Source: Candidatus Binatia bacterium (GTDB lineage: Bacteria; Desulfobacterota; Binatia; HRBIN30). From it: 64,000 nucleotides of DNA. The stretch lies in contig JBIOJG010000030.1 of the NCBI GenBank assembly GCA_044450645.1, positions 47-64,046 of the forward strand. The letters run 5' to 3'. Shown here in pieces: positions 11,416 to 26,161 of the stretch. The notes under the pieces were generated by a model that was not told where the DNA came from, ran no database searches, and saw only the letters and a list, made by a program, of their open reading frames with translations. Within the stretch, counting starts at the first letter, position 1, and every line of letters begins with the position of its first letter. A program made the position numbers and the translations under genes.

Positions 11416-12375
11416 ATGGCCACGACCCAATTCACCGTTGCGGTTGCGCAGGTCAATCCGCGTTTGGGTGACCTCGAGGCGAATCTTGTCCTGTACGAAG
11501 AGCGTGCGAAGGCGGCACGCGGTCTCGGCGCGGATCTCGTCGTCTTCCCGGAGCTTTCGCTTACCGGATACTTTCTGAAAGACATGGTTTCGACGGTGGC
11601 GCTGCAACTCGACGCCCCGGAGGTGAAGCGACTTGCCGAGTTGAGCCGCAAGGGCGGCCTCATCGCCGGCCTCGTGGAGGAAACGAGCGACTATCGCTTT
11701 TACAATAGCGCCGTTTATTTTGAGGACGGCAAGATCGTGCATGTGCATCGCAAGGCGTACCTCCCAACCTACGGGCTTTTCGACGAAGGACGGTACTTGG
11801 CGCGCGGCGATCGCATCCGTAGCTTCGATTCGAGGTTCGGGCGGTGCGCGATACTGATTTGCGAGGACATGTGGCATCCATCGACACTCTACGTTGCGGC
11901 CCTGGACGGGGCGCTCACCGTCTTCTGCCCGTCCGCGAGTCCGTTGCGCGGCATCAGCGATCAGCGTGAACAGGACGACAATGCCCGTTACTGGGAGCTG
12001 ATCAACACCATGTACGCGCAAACGTTCGCGCTCTTCCTGGTGTACGCGAATCGCGTCGGCTTCGAGGACGGCATCGGTTTCTGGGGTGGCTCGGAGATTC
12101 TCGACCCGACCGGCGCGCGCTTGAGCAAAGGCCGGTACTACGAGGAGGACGTGATCGTTGGAGAGATCAACCTCAAGAGCGCTCGGCGCCAACGGGTGAT
12201 TTCGCCCCTGCTGCGCGATGAGAACATCGACCTCACGATTAACGAGTTGACGCGGATTCGCGGCCGAATGGCAGCGACATCATCGACAGGTGCGAAATCT
12301 CTTGCGGCGGCCTCAAGCAAAGAACGCCCTGCGTTGCGAACACGGCGCGTGTCACGCCTGGCCCGCAAGCGGTAG
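11416..12375 (+). CDS. carbon-nitrogen hydrolase (nitrilase superfamily), probable glutaminase subunit for NAD synthetase
   Basis: 319 aa. CN-hydrolase catalytic motifs (FPELSLTGY, HRKAYLP, AILICEDMWHP). Directly upstream of nadE. Confidence 0.8.
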   Translation: MATTQFTVAVAQVNPRLGDLEANLVLYEERAKAARGLGADLVVFPELSLTGYFLKDMVSTVALQLDAPEVKRLAELSRKGGLIAGLVEETSDYRFYNSAVYFEDGKIVHVHRKAYLPTYGLFDEGRYLARGDRIRSFDSRFGRCAILICEDMWHPSTLYVAALDGALTVFCPSASPLRGISDQREQDDNARYWELINTMYAQTFALFLVYANRVGFEDGIGFWGGSEILDPTGARLSKGRYYEEDVIVGEINLKSARRQRVISPLLRDENIDLTINELTRIRGRMAATSSTGAKSLAAASSKERPALRTRRVSRLARKR

Positions 12376-12384
12376 GGGAGCAGA

Positions 12385-13257
12385 GTGATGAGGGCAGTGT
12401 CCCCAAAGCCTACTCCGGAGGGCCCGCGGCTGGTGCGTCCAGCCATTCCGACGAACCCGCCGTTGCTGCGCCGCATCCTGACGAAGTTCATCTGCAACGA
12501 GGTCCGGAAGGTCGGTGCTGAGCGCGTTGTTGTCGGCCTTTCCGGCGGTGTCGATTCCAGCGTCAGTGCCATGCTGGCGGCGGAAGCGCTCGGAGCCGCC
12601 AATGTCCTGGCGATCAAAATGCCGTACCGCACGTCGAGTCAAGAAAGCCTGCTGCACGCCGACCAGGTCGTTGCTTGCACCGGAATGGCATGCTTGCAGG
12701 TGGACATCAGCCCGCAAATCGACGTCTATTTCGAGCGTTTTCCGGATGCTGACGCGCTGCGGCGAGGCAACAAGATGGCGCGCGAGCGTATGACCATTCT
12801 GTACGATCATTCAGCGCGCTGGAAAGGACTCGTGCTCGGCACTAGCAATAAGACGGAACTCTTGCTGGGGTACGGTACGCTGTACGGTGATATGGCCTCG
12901 GCCGTGAACCCGCTCGGTGATTTGTACAAGACGCAAGTGTGGGCCTTGGCCCATGAGATCGGTGTTCCCGAAGACATCATCCGCAAACAGCCGTCGGCCG
13001 ATCTGTGGGCGGGGCAGACAGATGAGGCGGAGTTGGGCTTCGGCTACCACGAGGTGGATCAGCTCCTCTACATGATGGTCGACTTACGCTACTCGCGGGG
13101 CGAGTTGTACGCCGCGGGCTTCGCTGAATCGTTCGTGCGGCGGGTGAGCGACATGGTGCAGCACTCGCAGTTCAAGCGACGCTTGCCGGTTATCGCCAAA
13201 GTCTCGAACCGGACCATCGACCGAGATTTTCGCTACGCCCGCGATTGGGGCCGGTGA
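12385..13257 (+). CDS. nadE: NAD+ synthetase
   Basis: 290 aa. PP-loop [12 protein letters not shown] and the NadE C-terminal region. The stand-alone ATP-pyrophosphatase domain lacks a fused Nit domain. Confidence 0.85.
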   Translation: MMRAVSPKPTPEGPRLVRPAIPTNPPLLRRILTKFICNEVRKVGAERVVVGLSGGVDSSVSAMLAAEALGAANVLAIKMPYRTSSQESLLHADQVVACTGMACLQVDISPQIDVYFERFPDADALRRGNKMARERMTILYDHSARWKGLVLGTSNKTELLLGYGTLYGDMASAVNPLGDLYKTQVWALAHEIGVPEDIIRKQPSADLWAGQTDEAELGFGYHEVDQLLYMMVDLRYSRGELYAAGFAESFVRRVSDMVQHSQFKRRLPVIAKVSNRTIDRDFRYARDWGR

Positions 13258-13303
13258 GCACAGTTGTGAGCGTTGAGGCGCAGGAGCTCGCCGGTGTAAG
13301 GCC

Positions 13304-14155
13304 ATGCTAACTCCTGGCACGCTCTACGTTGTGGCGACGCCGCTGGGCAATCTAGAAGACATTACGGTGCGTGCGCTGCGCGTTCTGAAAGAGGTGAATC
13401 TGATTGCGGCGGAGGACACGCGCCACAGCCGCAAGCTGCTGATGCATTATGGTATCAGCACGCCGCTGACCAGCTATCACGACTGGAGCGAGCGGCAGAA
13501 GGCTCCGCAGCTGGTGGAGGAACTGAAGCGGGGCAAGAGCATCGCTCTGATTTCCGATGCCGGGACGCCGGGGATCGCCGACCCAGGATATCACCTGGTG
13601 CAGGCGGCGATTGCTGCGGGCCTGCGCATCGAGGCAGTCCCCGGCCCCTCAGCAGTAGCTGCGGCGCTGAGCGTGGCGGGGCTGCCCACCGACCGTTTTG
13701 CCTTCGAGGGCTTCGTGCCCGCGCGCCAGAGCGCGCGCCGCACGTTCTTTACCGCTCTGGCGCATGAGCCCCGGACGGTTGTGGTCTACGAGGCGGCACG
13801 GCGCCTGCCTGCGTGTCTGCACGATCTGCATGACGTTTTCGGCCCCCGGCAGATCGTGGCCGTGCGCGAACTCACGAAGATGTTCGAGGAGATCCTGCGC
13901 GGCACCGCAGGCGACCTCCTGGCGCAGCTGAACCGGCGCTTGGGGGAGCGGACGCTGCAAGGAGAGGTGACGCTGCTGATTGCCGGCGGTGAAGCCGCCG
14001 CGGTGCCGGTACCGGCTGAGGATCTGGCCACTGCGATCGCGCGCTTGCGCGGCGAAGGCATGAGCTTGAAAGACGTCGCACGTGTCCTGTCGCGCGAGCG
14101 GGGAGTGTCGCGACGCGAGGTGTATCAAGCCGGCATAGACCTTGGGCATCACTGA
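13304..14155 (+). CDS. rsmI: 16S rRNA (cytidine1402-2'-O)-methyltransferase
   Basis: 283 aa. TLYVVATPLGNLEDIT.RA...L..V.LIAAEDTRHS is the canonical RsmI/tetrapyrrole-methylase-like N-terminus. Confidence 0.85.
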   Translation: MLTPGTLYVVATPLGNLEDITVRALRVLKEVNLIAAEDTRHSRKLLMHYGISTPLTSYHDWSERQKAPQLVEELKRGKSIALISDAGTPGIADPGYHLVQAAIAAGLRIEAVPGPSAVAAALSVAGLPTDRFAFEGFVPARQSARRTFFTALAHEPRTVVVYEAARRLPACLHDLHDVFGPRQIVAVRELTKMFEEILRGTAGDLLAQLNRRLGERTLQGEVTLLIAGGEAAAVPVPAEDLATAIARLRGEGMSLKDVARVLSRERGVSRREVYQAGIDLGHH

Positions 14156-14173
14156 AGATCTGGAATCCTCCTG

Positions 14174-17100
14174 TCACCCTGCGGGGCACGCGAACAATTG
14201 TGAGTCAAGACAGCTGTCGTACGACTCGTCGATGGTACCGTTGTCGCCCACGTCGATGGTCACGCCACCGGACGTGTAGGTGATGCGGTCGGTCTTGCCA
14301 CCGGCGGTCACCCGGATCGCCCCAAGGGTGGGGCAAACGTTTCCGGGTGGAATCGAAAGCGGCGTTACGGTCTGGAAGATGACATCATCGCCACCGAGGC
14401 AGGCCGAATTAGCGGTCCCATTCACCGTGCCTACGTCGTTTCCGGATGTCCGGTCATCGGCGAAAACGAAACTGGTGAACGTGGCGCTGAACGTGCCACC
14501 TTCTGCGTCGGCCAGCGTTACGGGACCGTTGAGAGTGATACGGTAGATCTGCGGTACACAGTCGGTGTTGAACTGATCGATATCAACGCGCACGTCCGTG
14601 CTGTCAAAGCCGAGCGTTTCGTTGAGCATAGAGGTCTGAACAACGAGGGTGCCCGTAAGCATCATGTCGGCAGCCGCGATCTTGCATGCGGAGAAGAGGT
14701 CCGGCGTGACGTTGAGAGACCCTGTCAAGTTCACGGTTGCGGTGAGAGTGGTCATCCCCGCGTTGACTGCCGTGATGTGCATGTTGTTCACGGCGAAAGA
14801 GGAGAGGGACAGAGGCGGAAAGCCGCAGGTGGCCAGGAGTCCGGTCTCGGTTGACTGGGCGGTGATAGTGCCTTCGATCGTGACGGTCGCGCCGGTGGTG
14901 GTGTTGAGCGTGCAGTTGGTGAGCGTGACTACGTAGTCGCGCACGCCCGGAACGGCCTGGGTGCAGGTGAAATTGTAGGTGCCGCCACCGTTGCAGCTGT
15001 GGTCGGCAGCCGCGGTTCCTTCGAAGGCTCCAGCCGCTCCGCCCTTAGCGAGCGGGGCGAGTGACGAGATCAACGCGGGTAAGCCCTGCAAGCCTTGCAC
15101 CAGGGTGACAGTTGTCGCTGCCGCCCGCCGCGGCACGGTGCCTTGAGTGGTGGTGGGTGCTGGGGTGGGAGGGGATGCCGTTGGTGTAGGCGTGGCGGTT
15201 CGCGTAACGGTTGGCGGCAGCACTCCGGTAGCCGTCGGAGTCCTCGTCGGGGTGAGGATCGGGGCCACACAGCCGGTCAAGGCGTTGTTGACCGCCGTGA
15301 GTATCTCGTCGACTGTGATGACATTGTCCAGATTGGCGTCGCCAGGTAGGCACGCCACTATGCCTGTATTCCCGAGCGCGATATTCACCATTGTCAAGAT
15401 CTCATCCACGGTGACCTGATTGTCGCAGTTGCAATCGCCAACACAGGAGGAGCACAGGCCAGGGCTCGCGGTGGCCGTCGGGCTGCTGCTTGGCGAGCGT
15501 GAACCGGTTGCGGTTGGTGTCGCCGTCGCCGGCGAACCGGTGCGCGTGGCGGTTGGAGTGGGGGTCGGGGTCGCGGTCGCCGGTGAGGCCGTGGGTGTTG
15601 CCGAAGGTGTCGGCGTCCCCGTCGGTGGCCGTGAGCCGGTCGGCGTCGCTGAGGCGGTAGGAGTCGCTGTCGGTGTGGTCGTTGGCGTGAAGGTGATTTT
15701 CGGCGGTCGCGTCTGGGTCGGCGTCTGTGTGCGCGTCGGTGTTGATGTCGGTGAGCCTATCGGCGGCGTCAGGCTTGGGGTGGCTGAGGGCGTCAGCGTA
15801 CGCGTCGGCGTTGAGGTCGGAGAGGGGGGTCCCGGGGTTGCAGGTGTGGTTGAGGGTGTTGGGGAACGCGTTGGCGTCAAGGTTGCCGGCGGCACCGCAG
15901 TCGCAGTTGGCGTCGGGGTTGGGGTTGTTGACGGGGTTATTGTTGGCGTGAAGGTGATCTTCGGTGGCCGCGTCTGTGTCGGGGTCAGGGTTGGCGTCAG
16001 TGACATGGTTGCTGTCGGTGTCAGGCTGGGTGTTCGTGTCGCGGTCGGTGTCAATGAAGGCGACACGGTCTGCGTCGGGGTGGAAGTCGGTGGCCGCGTG
16101 CCGGTCGGCGTAAGCGACGGCGTGAAGGTGCGTGTGGGTGTGAAGGATGGCGGAGGCGTCTCGGTTGGCGTGTTGGGTGGAGTCTCAGTATACGTCGGCG
16201 TGAAGATCGGCGACTGTGTCTGCGTCGGCGAGGCAGTCCGCGTACGCGTGGGTGTCCAGGTGGGCGGCGTGCCTGTCCTTGTCGGAGGCGGCGTGCCGCC
16301 GATGCAGATTCGTAGCCCCCAGCTATCGAGAGTGCCCGTGTCGAACAGCTGTCGGTCATAGATTTCCAACAGCCAGACGCCAGCGGCATCCTCGCCAGTA
16401 AACAGCCCAAGCGGTTCACTGGGCAGATGTGGCAGGCCGTCAGTCGGTGGACAGACCATCGGGCTGCCGAGATCGTCGAGAATGAGGTTGAAGCCGTAGT
16501 TGTTCCCACAGACCCGGTTCAAGATGGTCACATCGGTGCCCAACGGACTGATGAGATGGAATTCGAGGTCTTGCATGAACGTGTGCGTGCCGGTGAGCGG
16601 TCGGACGCTTACGGAGGTGATGGTCCCTCCCGAGGGCACGACCAAGAATGAGGCCGTCGACCCGAGATCGGGAATCGATTGGGGAACATCATTAGAAGAA
16701 TAATCATGACAGTTCGGTGGTATCGTGGCAGTAGGGGTCGGCGGCGGTGTACCGAAGCACACTTTCAGTCCCCAGCCTTGAAGGGTACCGGTGTCCCCGG
16801 CTTCGCGGTCGAAAATCTGCAACTTCCAGGTGCCGGCCGCGGTCTGTCCGTGGAAGGTGGAGAGCGGATTATCGGGGACGCGGGGCAAGCCATCGGTCAT
16901 CGGACAGGTGAACGGGCCTCCCAAATCGCTCACGTCGAGGTGGAAATCCTGAGAGCTTCCGCACTTGCGATTGATGATGGTTACGTCGGTACTCGCCGGA
17001 CTGATCAGGTGAAACTCCAGATCTTGCACGAACGTGTGTGTGCCGGTGAGGGAGAGCACACTGACCGAGGTGAGCGCGCCGCCGCTGGGAACGTTGAGCG

Positions 17101-18841
17101 TGGAGATTGTGAAACCGAGATCCGGAATCGCTTTGGGCACGTCGGTCGAGAAGTAGTTCTGGCAGCCGGGCTCTGCTGTCGGTGTGGGCGTTGGCGTACC
17201 ACCGCCGAAGCAGACCTGTAGCCCCCAGCCTTGAAGGGTGCCGGTGTCCCCGGCTTCGCGGTCGAAAATCTGCAACTTCCAGGTGCCGGCCGCGGTCTGT
17301 CCGTTGAAGGTGGAGAGCGGATTATCAGGGACGCGGGGCAAGCCATCGGTCATCGGGCAGGTGAACGGGCCTCCGAGATCGCTCACGTCGAGGTGGAAAT
17401 CCTGAGAGCTTCCACACTTGCGATTGATGATGGTTACGTCGGTACTCGCCGGACTGATCAGGTGAAACTCCAGATCTTGCACGAACGTGTGTGTGCCGGT
17501 GAGTGAAAGCACACTGACCGAGGTGAGCGCGCCGCCGCTGGGAACGTTGAGCGTGGAGATTGCGGAACCGAGATCCGGAATCGCTTTGGGCACGTCGGTC
17601 GAGAAGTAGTTCTGGCAGCCGGGTGGAGGTGTTGCCGTCGGCGCTGGGGTATTGGTCGGGGTGGTGGTGACTTCGATAGTCCAACTCTTGAGTGCTGTGA
17701 CCTGAGGCTCTCCTACGTCAGGAGTGCCGTTGCCGTTGCTGTCTGCGAACGCCAGTATCGAGTCGTCTCCAGCGCCACCGGCATCCGTATAGGTGAAGGT
17801 CACCTTCCCGTCTGCGTCGCTATGACAATCCGCTGGCACGCAACTCCCAGTGGCCCCCAAGTTTGGTCCTGCCGTGATCTTGAAGCCGATGAGGCTGCCG
17901 GGTACCGGAGCGCCCGTCGCGTCGCGGAGTTGGGCCGTGACGGTGTGCGTTGTGCCGACGGGGTTTGATGCCGAACCCGGTGTGAGCGACAAGCCTACGG
18001 AAATGAGTTGCTCACCGCGCGCCAGGATGTATGGTGTCCCGACCGTTCCATCCGGGGCAGTAAATGAGGACCCAAAGTTCCGTGCGATGGCCAACACCAG
18101 GAAATTGGCTGGCCACTTATCGAACGCTTCGTGTACCGAACAACTCCAGTTCGAGATGTCCACGTCGGTGAGGCCGGCCAGGGCCGGATGGGAGGCGACG
18201 ATGTGTGCGTCATTGTAGCAGTTTAGATTTCCGGTTACGGTAAACCCGCCGGCGAAGAAAGCGTCCAAGAGCGGCACCGGTGTGCCCGCACTCGCATAGT
18301 TGTAGTAGCAGCTTAGAGTGATGTAGGCGCCGGTCTTGTTTGGCTCGGCTGCGGCAAAGGCGATGCCTTTTTCAGTAAGTGTAGCAGCACCCGCTACACC
18401 TATTGCGGCATGATAGGCGGGGTCGGCCCCGATGAGGATCACGTTGCCGCTGACCGCCGGTCCCCACACTCCGGTGTTTGCCTGGGCCGCAGAAACTGGG
18501 CCAGTGCTGGTAGTGTTACACGTAGGGTCTCCGAGGATTATCGCCTTGTAGGTGGCAAAGTCGGCCGTGCTCTTGGCGGCCCATCCCGCGTCGTCCACGA
18601 TTTCGACGCCGAACCCCAACGCCGTTGCCTTCGTGGCTTCAACGCTGGAGGTTCCGCCGCTCACCGTGTTAGCAAGAATGAGCACCGTGTTAGAGTCAGC
18701 CGCGCCGGTTGCTAGTGCGGGATGGCGACCGCCACCGAGTACCAATAGTCCCAAGACAATGATTAGCAGCGACGTGACGAATGGCCTGCGCGAGCGCCTG
18801 CCGGCATCGCACCGCTCTTGCGTAACGGTTGCAGAGTTCAT
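14174..18841 (-). CDS. giant secreted multidomain protein: N-terminal unknown domain, Big-like Ig domain, 3 tandem proprotein-convertase-type P-domains, about 250-aa Pro/Thr linker, dockerin-like module, C-terminal unknown domain
   Basis: The ORF track gives 14174-19051; a signal-peptide-like start (MNSATVTQERCDAGRRSRRPFVTSLLIIVLGLLVLGG) lies at about 18841. Three about 150-aa repeats have the P-domain pattern (GTWKLQIFDREAGDTGTLQGWGLQVC). Dockerin-like CVGDCNCDNQVTVDEIL...PGDANLDNVITVDEIL. No subtilase domain was recognised. Confidence 0.8.
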   Translation of the reverse strand: MNSATVTQERCDAGRRSRRPFVTSLLIIVLGLLVLGGGRHPALATGAADSNTVLILANTVSGGTSSVEATKATALGFGVEIVDDAGWAAKSTADFATYKAIILGDPTCNTTSTGPVSAAQANTGVWGPAVSGNVILIGADPAYHAAIGVAGAATLTEKGIAFAAAEPNKTGAYITLSCYYNYASAGTPVPLLDAFFAGGFTVTGNLNCYNDAHIVASHPALAGLTDVDISNWSCSVHEAFDKWPANFLVLAIARNFGSSFTAPDGTVGTPYILARGEQLISVGLSLTPGSASNPVGTTHTVTAQLRDATGAPVPGSLIGFKITAGPNLGATGSCVPADCHSDADGKVTFTYTDAGGAGDDSILAFADSNGNGTPDVGEPQVTALKSWTIEVTTTPTNTPAPTATPPPGCQNYFSTDVPKAIPDLGSAISTLNVPSGGALTSVSVLSLTGTHTFVQDLEFHLISPASTDVTIINRKCGSSQDFHLDVSDLGGPFTCPMTDGLPRVPDNPLSTFNGQTAAGTWKLQIFDREAGDTGTLQGWGLQVCFGGGTPTPTPTAEPGCQNYFSTDVPKAIPDLGFTISTLNVPSGGALTSVSVLSLTGTHTFVQDLEFHLISPASTDVTIINRKCGSSQDFHLDVSDLGGPFTCPMTDGLPRVPDNPLSTFHGQTAAGTWKLQIFDREAGDTGTLQGWGLKVCFGTPPPTPTATIPPNCHDYSSNDVPQSIPDLGSTASFLVVPSGGTITSVSVRPLTGTHTFMQDLEFHLISPLGTDVTILNRVCGNNYGFNLILDDLGSPMVCPPTDGLPHLPSEPLGLFTGEDAAGVWLLEIYDRQLFDTGTLDSWGLRICIGGTPPPTRTGTPPTWTPTRTRTASPTQTQSPIFTPTYTETPPNTPTETPPPSFTPTRTFTPSLTPTGTRPPTSTPTQTVSPSLTPTATRTPSLTPTATMSLTPTLTPTQTRPPKITFTPTITPSTTPTPTPTATAVPPATLTPTRSPTPSTTPATPGPPSPTSTPTRTLTPSATPSLTPPIGSPTSTPTRTQTPTQTRPPKITFTPTTTPTATPTASATPTGSRPPTGTPTPSATPTASPATATPTPTPTATRTGSPATATPTATGSRSPSSSPTATASPGLCSSCVGDCNCDNQVTVDEILTMVNIALGNTGIVACLPGDANLDNVITVDEILTAVNNALTGCVAPILTPTRTPTATGVLPPTVTRTATPTPTASPPTPAPTTTQGTVPRRAAATTVTLVQGLQGLPALISSLAPLAKGGAAGAFEGTAAADHSCNGGGTYNFTCTQAVPGVRDYVVTLTNCTLNTTTGATVTIEGTITAQSTETGLLATCGFPPLSLSSFAVNNMHITAVNAGMTTLTATVNLTGSLNVTPDLFSACKIAAADMMLTGTLVVQTSMLNETLGFDSTDVRVDIDQFNTDCVPQIYRITLNGPVTLADAEGGTFSATFTSFVFADDRTSGNDVGTVNGTANSACLGGDDVIFQTVTPLSIPPGNVCPTLGAIRVTAGGKTDRITYTSGGVTIDVGDNGTIDESYDSCLDSQLFACPAG
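16292..17650. repeat. intragenic tandem repeat, period 453 bp, 3 copies; copies 2 and 3 (16745-17650) are about 97% identical
   Basis: Seen as duplicated antisense ORFs 16679-17221 and 17231-17506, whose translations differ at 5 of 90 residues. They correspond to P-domain repeats 1 and 2 of the giant protein; the third copy is divergent. Confidence 0.7.
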
Positions 18842-19190
18842 AACGACTGCCGCCAAGCAAGGTGGTCCCCCACCCACGACTTCCCTGCGTATCGCTATCA
18901 TTTGTGTCGCCCCCGTTACGTCGTGCTGTCGTGCTGCGCCAGATCGTGACCTAATTGCCCTGGAGGGCGGTAGGCAATACGCGTGCCAGCGTGGACGGCG
19001 AGGCGGCCCTCGCGACCTACGAACGAACAGACCCGTGGTCTTCCGAGTCATGGGAAAACTCTTCTTGTGCGCCGGGGCAACCGCTGGAGTAGTACGAGCG
19101 AAAAGAGGCTAGAATTCCGCAAGACCGCCCGGTTGACTCGCCTGGTATCAGCCAGAGGGGGAGACGCGGATTCCGATTCCTAGTGCTTTT

Positions 19191-19475
19191 TCAGTGGCGC
19201 ACGTGAAAGACGTCGAACTCGCCGGTGTACGGCAGCCAGTGCTCTTCGACATCGGTTACGAGCGCAGCGCGTGGACCGACGTGGCCCCAGGCTGCCAGAA
19301 GCTGCAGCCGCTCCTTCGAACCCTCGGCAACGAGTTCGACGTCGCCATCGGAGGCGTTGCGTACCCACCCCGTGAGTGCAAGGCGGCGGGCCTCAGCCAC
19401 TGCGGAGAAACGAAACCCGACTCCCTGCACGCGCCCCTTGATGCGGAGCCATAGGCGCGCCCGTTCTTCGGCCAT
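19191..19475 (-). CDS. acyP: acylphosphatase
   Basis: 94 aa. RVQGVGFRFSAVAEARRLALTGWVRNASDGDVELVAEG is the acylphosphatase signature. Confidence 0.85.
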   Translation of the reverse strand: MAEERARLWLRIKGRVQGVGFRFSAVAEARRLALTGWVRNASDGDVELVAEGSKERLQLLAAWGHVGPRAALVTDVEEHWLPYTGEFDVFHVRH

Positions 19476-19502
19476 AGCGTGACGTGTCCTGGTTTTGGCG
19501 TG

Positions 19503-24549
<5,047 letters not shown>

Positions 24550-24553
<4 letters not shown>

Positions 24554-26136
24554 GCTGGTCACAAGGATCTTCGATGAGGGAAGCGGCTGTGCGGGTTCCT
24601 GGTAGAAATGCTGTTGGGGTTGTCTGCCTCATCTTCGCAAGTGTCCTTATGCTGTGGAGTGTGCCGGCACGAGGCAATGTGCGCTCTCAGGCGCTGTACG
24701 CGCGCGGCTTGATCGCCTTCAATGATGCTCAGTGGGCCCAAGCCACCCGGCTGTTCGGCGAAGCTGTGCAGGCGGATCCCAGTGATGCGCTGGCACTGTA
24801 CTATCGTGGTTTGGCGCAAGGGCACGAGGGGCATTTTGCGGCAGCGATCCAGGATATCGAGCAGGCACTGAAACTGAGTCCAGCGCTTCCGCACGCCGCC
24901 TTGGACCTCGGCATCGCCTGCTTCAACAGTGGGCAATACGCGCCTGCCAGAACTTGGCTTGAGCGGGCCTATGAGCAAGGGACAGAACGCTTCACGGCGG
25001 CGTACTTCTTGGGATTGACGCTCTATCGTTCAGGTGAGGATGCGGCGGCTGGGGCGTACCTGAAAGAAGCCGAAGCCGATCCGGAGCTTCGGCCGTCGGC
25101 GCACTACTATGCGGGTCTGGCGCTGCTGCGGCAAGGCAAGCCAGCTGCGGCGCGCGGCGAACTGGTTGAGACCGCCCGCGAACAGCCGCAGTCCGAGATC
25201 GGTAAGGCTGCCCAGGCGTATGCCGGCGGCGCGGGGGTGCGCCAACCACCGGCACGACTGGCACAGGAGCACAAGAAGCCTTGGTCGTTGTATGCGGCGC
25301 TTGATTTTCAATACGACAGCAATGTGGTGATTGCGCCGTCGGACTCGGAGGTGAAGGCGGCGGAGGGCATCAGCCGCCAAGCCGATGGCCGCAGCGTCAT
25401 TGCCGCCGGAGGCAGTTACTTCCTGCTCGACGGCGACGCGGGATCTGTGCGGGCGCAGTACGACTTGTACCAAAGCGTACATTTCCGTCTCACCAAGTTT
25501 GATCTGCAGGGGCACCGCGTGCGCTTGGACGTCGCTTCCAAGCCCGCCGCGTTGCGCTACGGTCTGGCGTGCACGTACGATTTCTATGCGCTCGACTACC
25601 AGTCGTTTTTTCAAGAGGGCTTGGCCACCCCGTGGGTAGCATTGGCAGAAAGCCCAGCCGCTGTGACGCAAGCATACTACACGCTTCGCGGCCGAGACTT
25701 CTTCCGCAAACCGTTCAGTCCGGCGCGTGACGGCATCGACAACGCGGCGGGCCTGCGACAGTATATTGACCTAGGGAGTGCGGAACGGGTCTTGAGTTTC
25801 GGCTATCAATTCGATTCCGATGACACGACCGGGCACGATTTCAAATACGACGCACACCAAGTCGACGTCGGGGTCACTCTTCCGCTCCTCGATCTGGCCA
25901 ATGCCCGGCTCGGCTATCTGTTTCGTCTCGAAGACTATCAGTCGCCCAACAGCCGCGCCGGGTTCCGATTTCGCCGACATGATAGCGAGCATCAGTTCGC
26001 CGTAGCGCTATCACATGATCTAACACCGACGGTGGCGCTCACGCTGGCTTATGTGGGAGTCCTGAATAACTCCAATTTGACTGCCTTCGAATATGATCGC
26101 GATATCGTGTCGGGCGGCGTGCAGGTGACATTCTGA
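24550..26136 (+). CDS. outer-membrane protein: N-terminal TPR domain plus C-terminal predicted beta-barrel (Slam/DUF560-like or PgaA/BcsC-like porin architecture)
   Basis: 528 aa. Signal peptide; TPR repeats ([43 protein letters not shown]...); C-terminal half of alternating amphipathic strands ending in the OMP signature ...GGVQVTF. Confidence 0.6.
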
Positions 26137-26161
26137 GGCGTGCCGGATGATCCCCCAGACG

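Noticed and set aside
14900-16300. Pro/Thr linker periodicity as a possible CRISPR array or collagen-like gene
   Set aside because: There are no direct repeats of constant length separated by unique spacers. The periodicity is codon-level (TPT) inside one continuous reading frame.
15420-16361. 313-aa Gly/Val-rich plus-strand ORF, with similar GV-rich ORFs at 22348-23577(-), 37107-37451(-), 40407-41240(-), 42324-43463(-), 44103-44561(-)
   Set aside because: All are antisense or alternate-frame readings of (ACN/CCN)n Pro/Thr-linker DNA. The sense frames are continuous with flanking folded domains and signal peptides.
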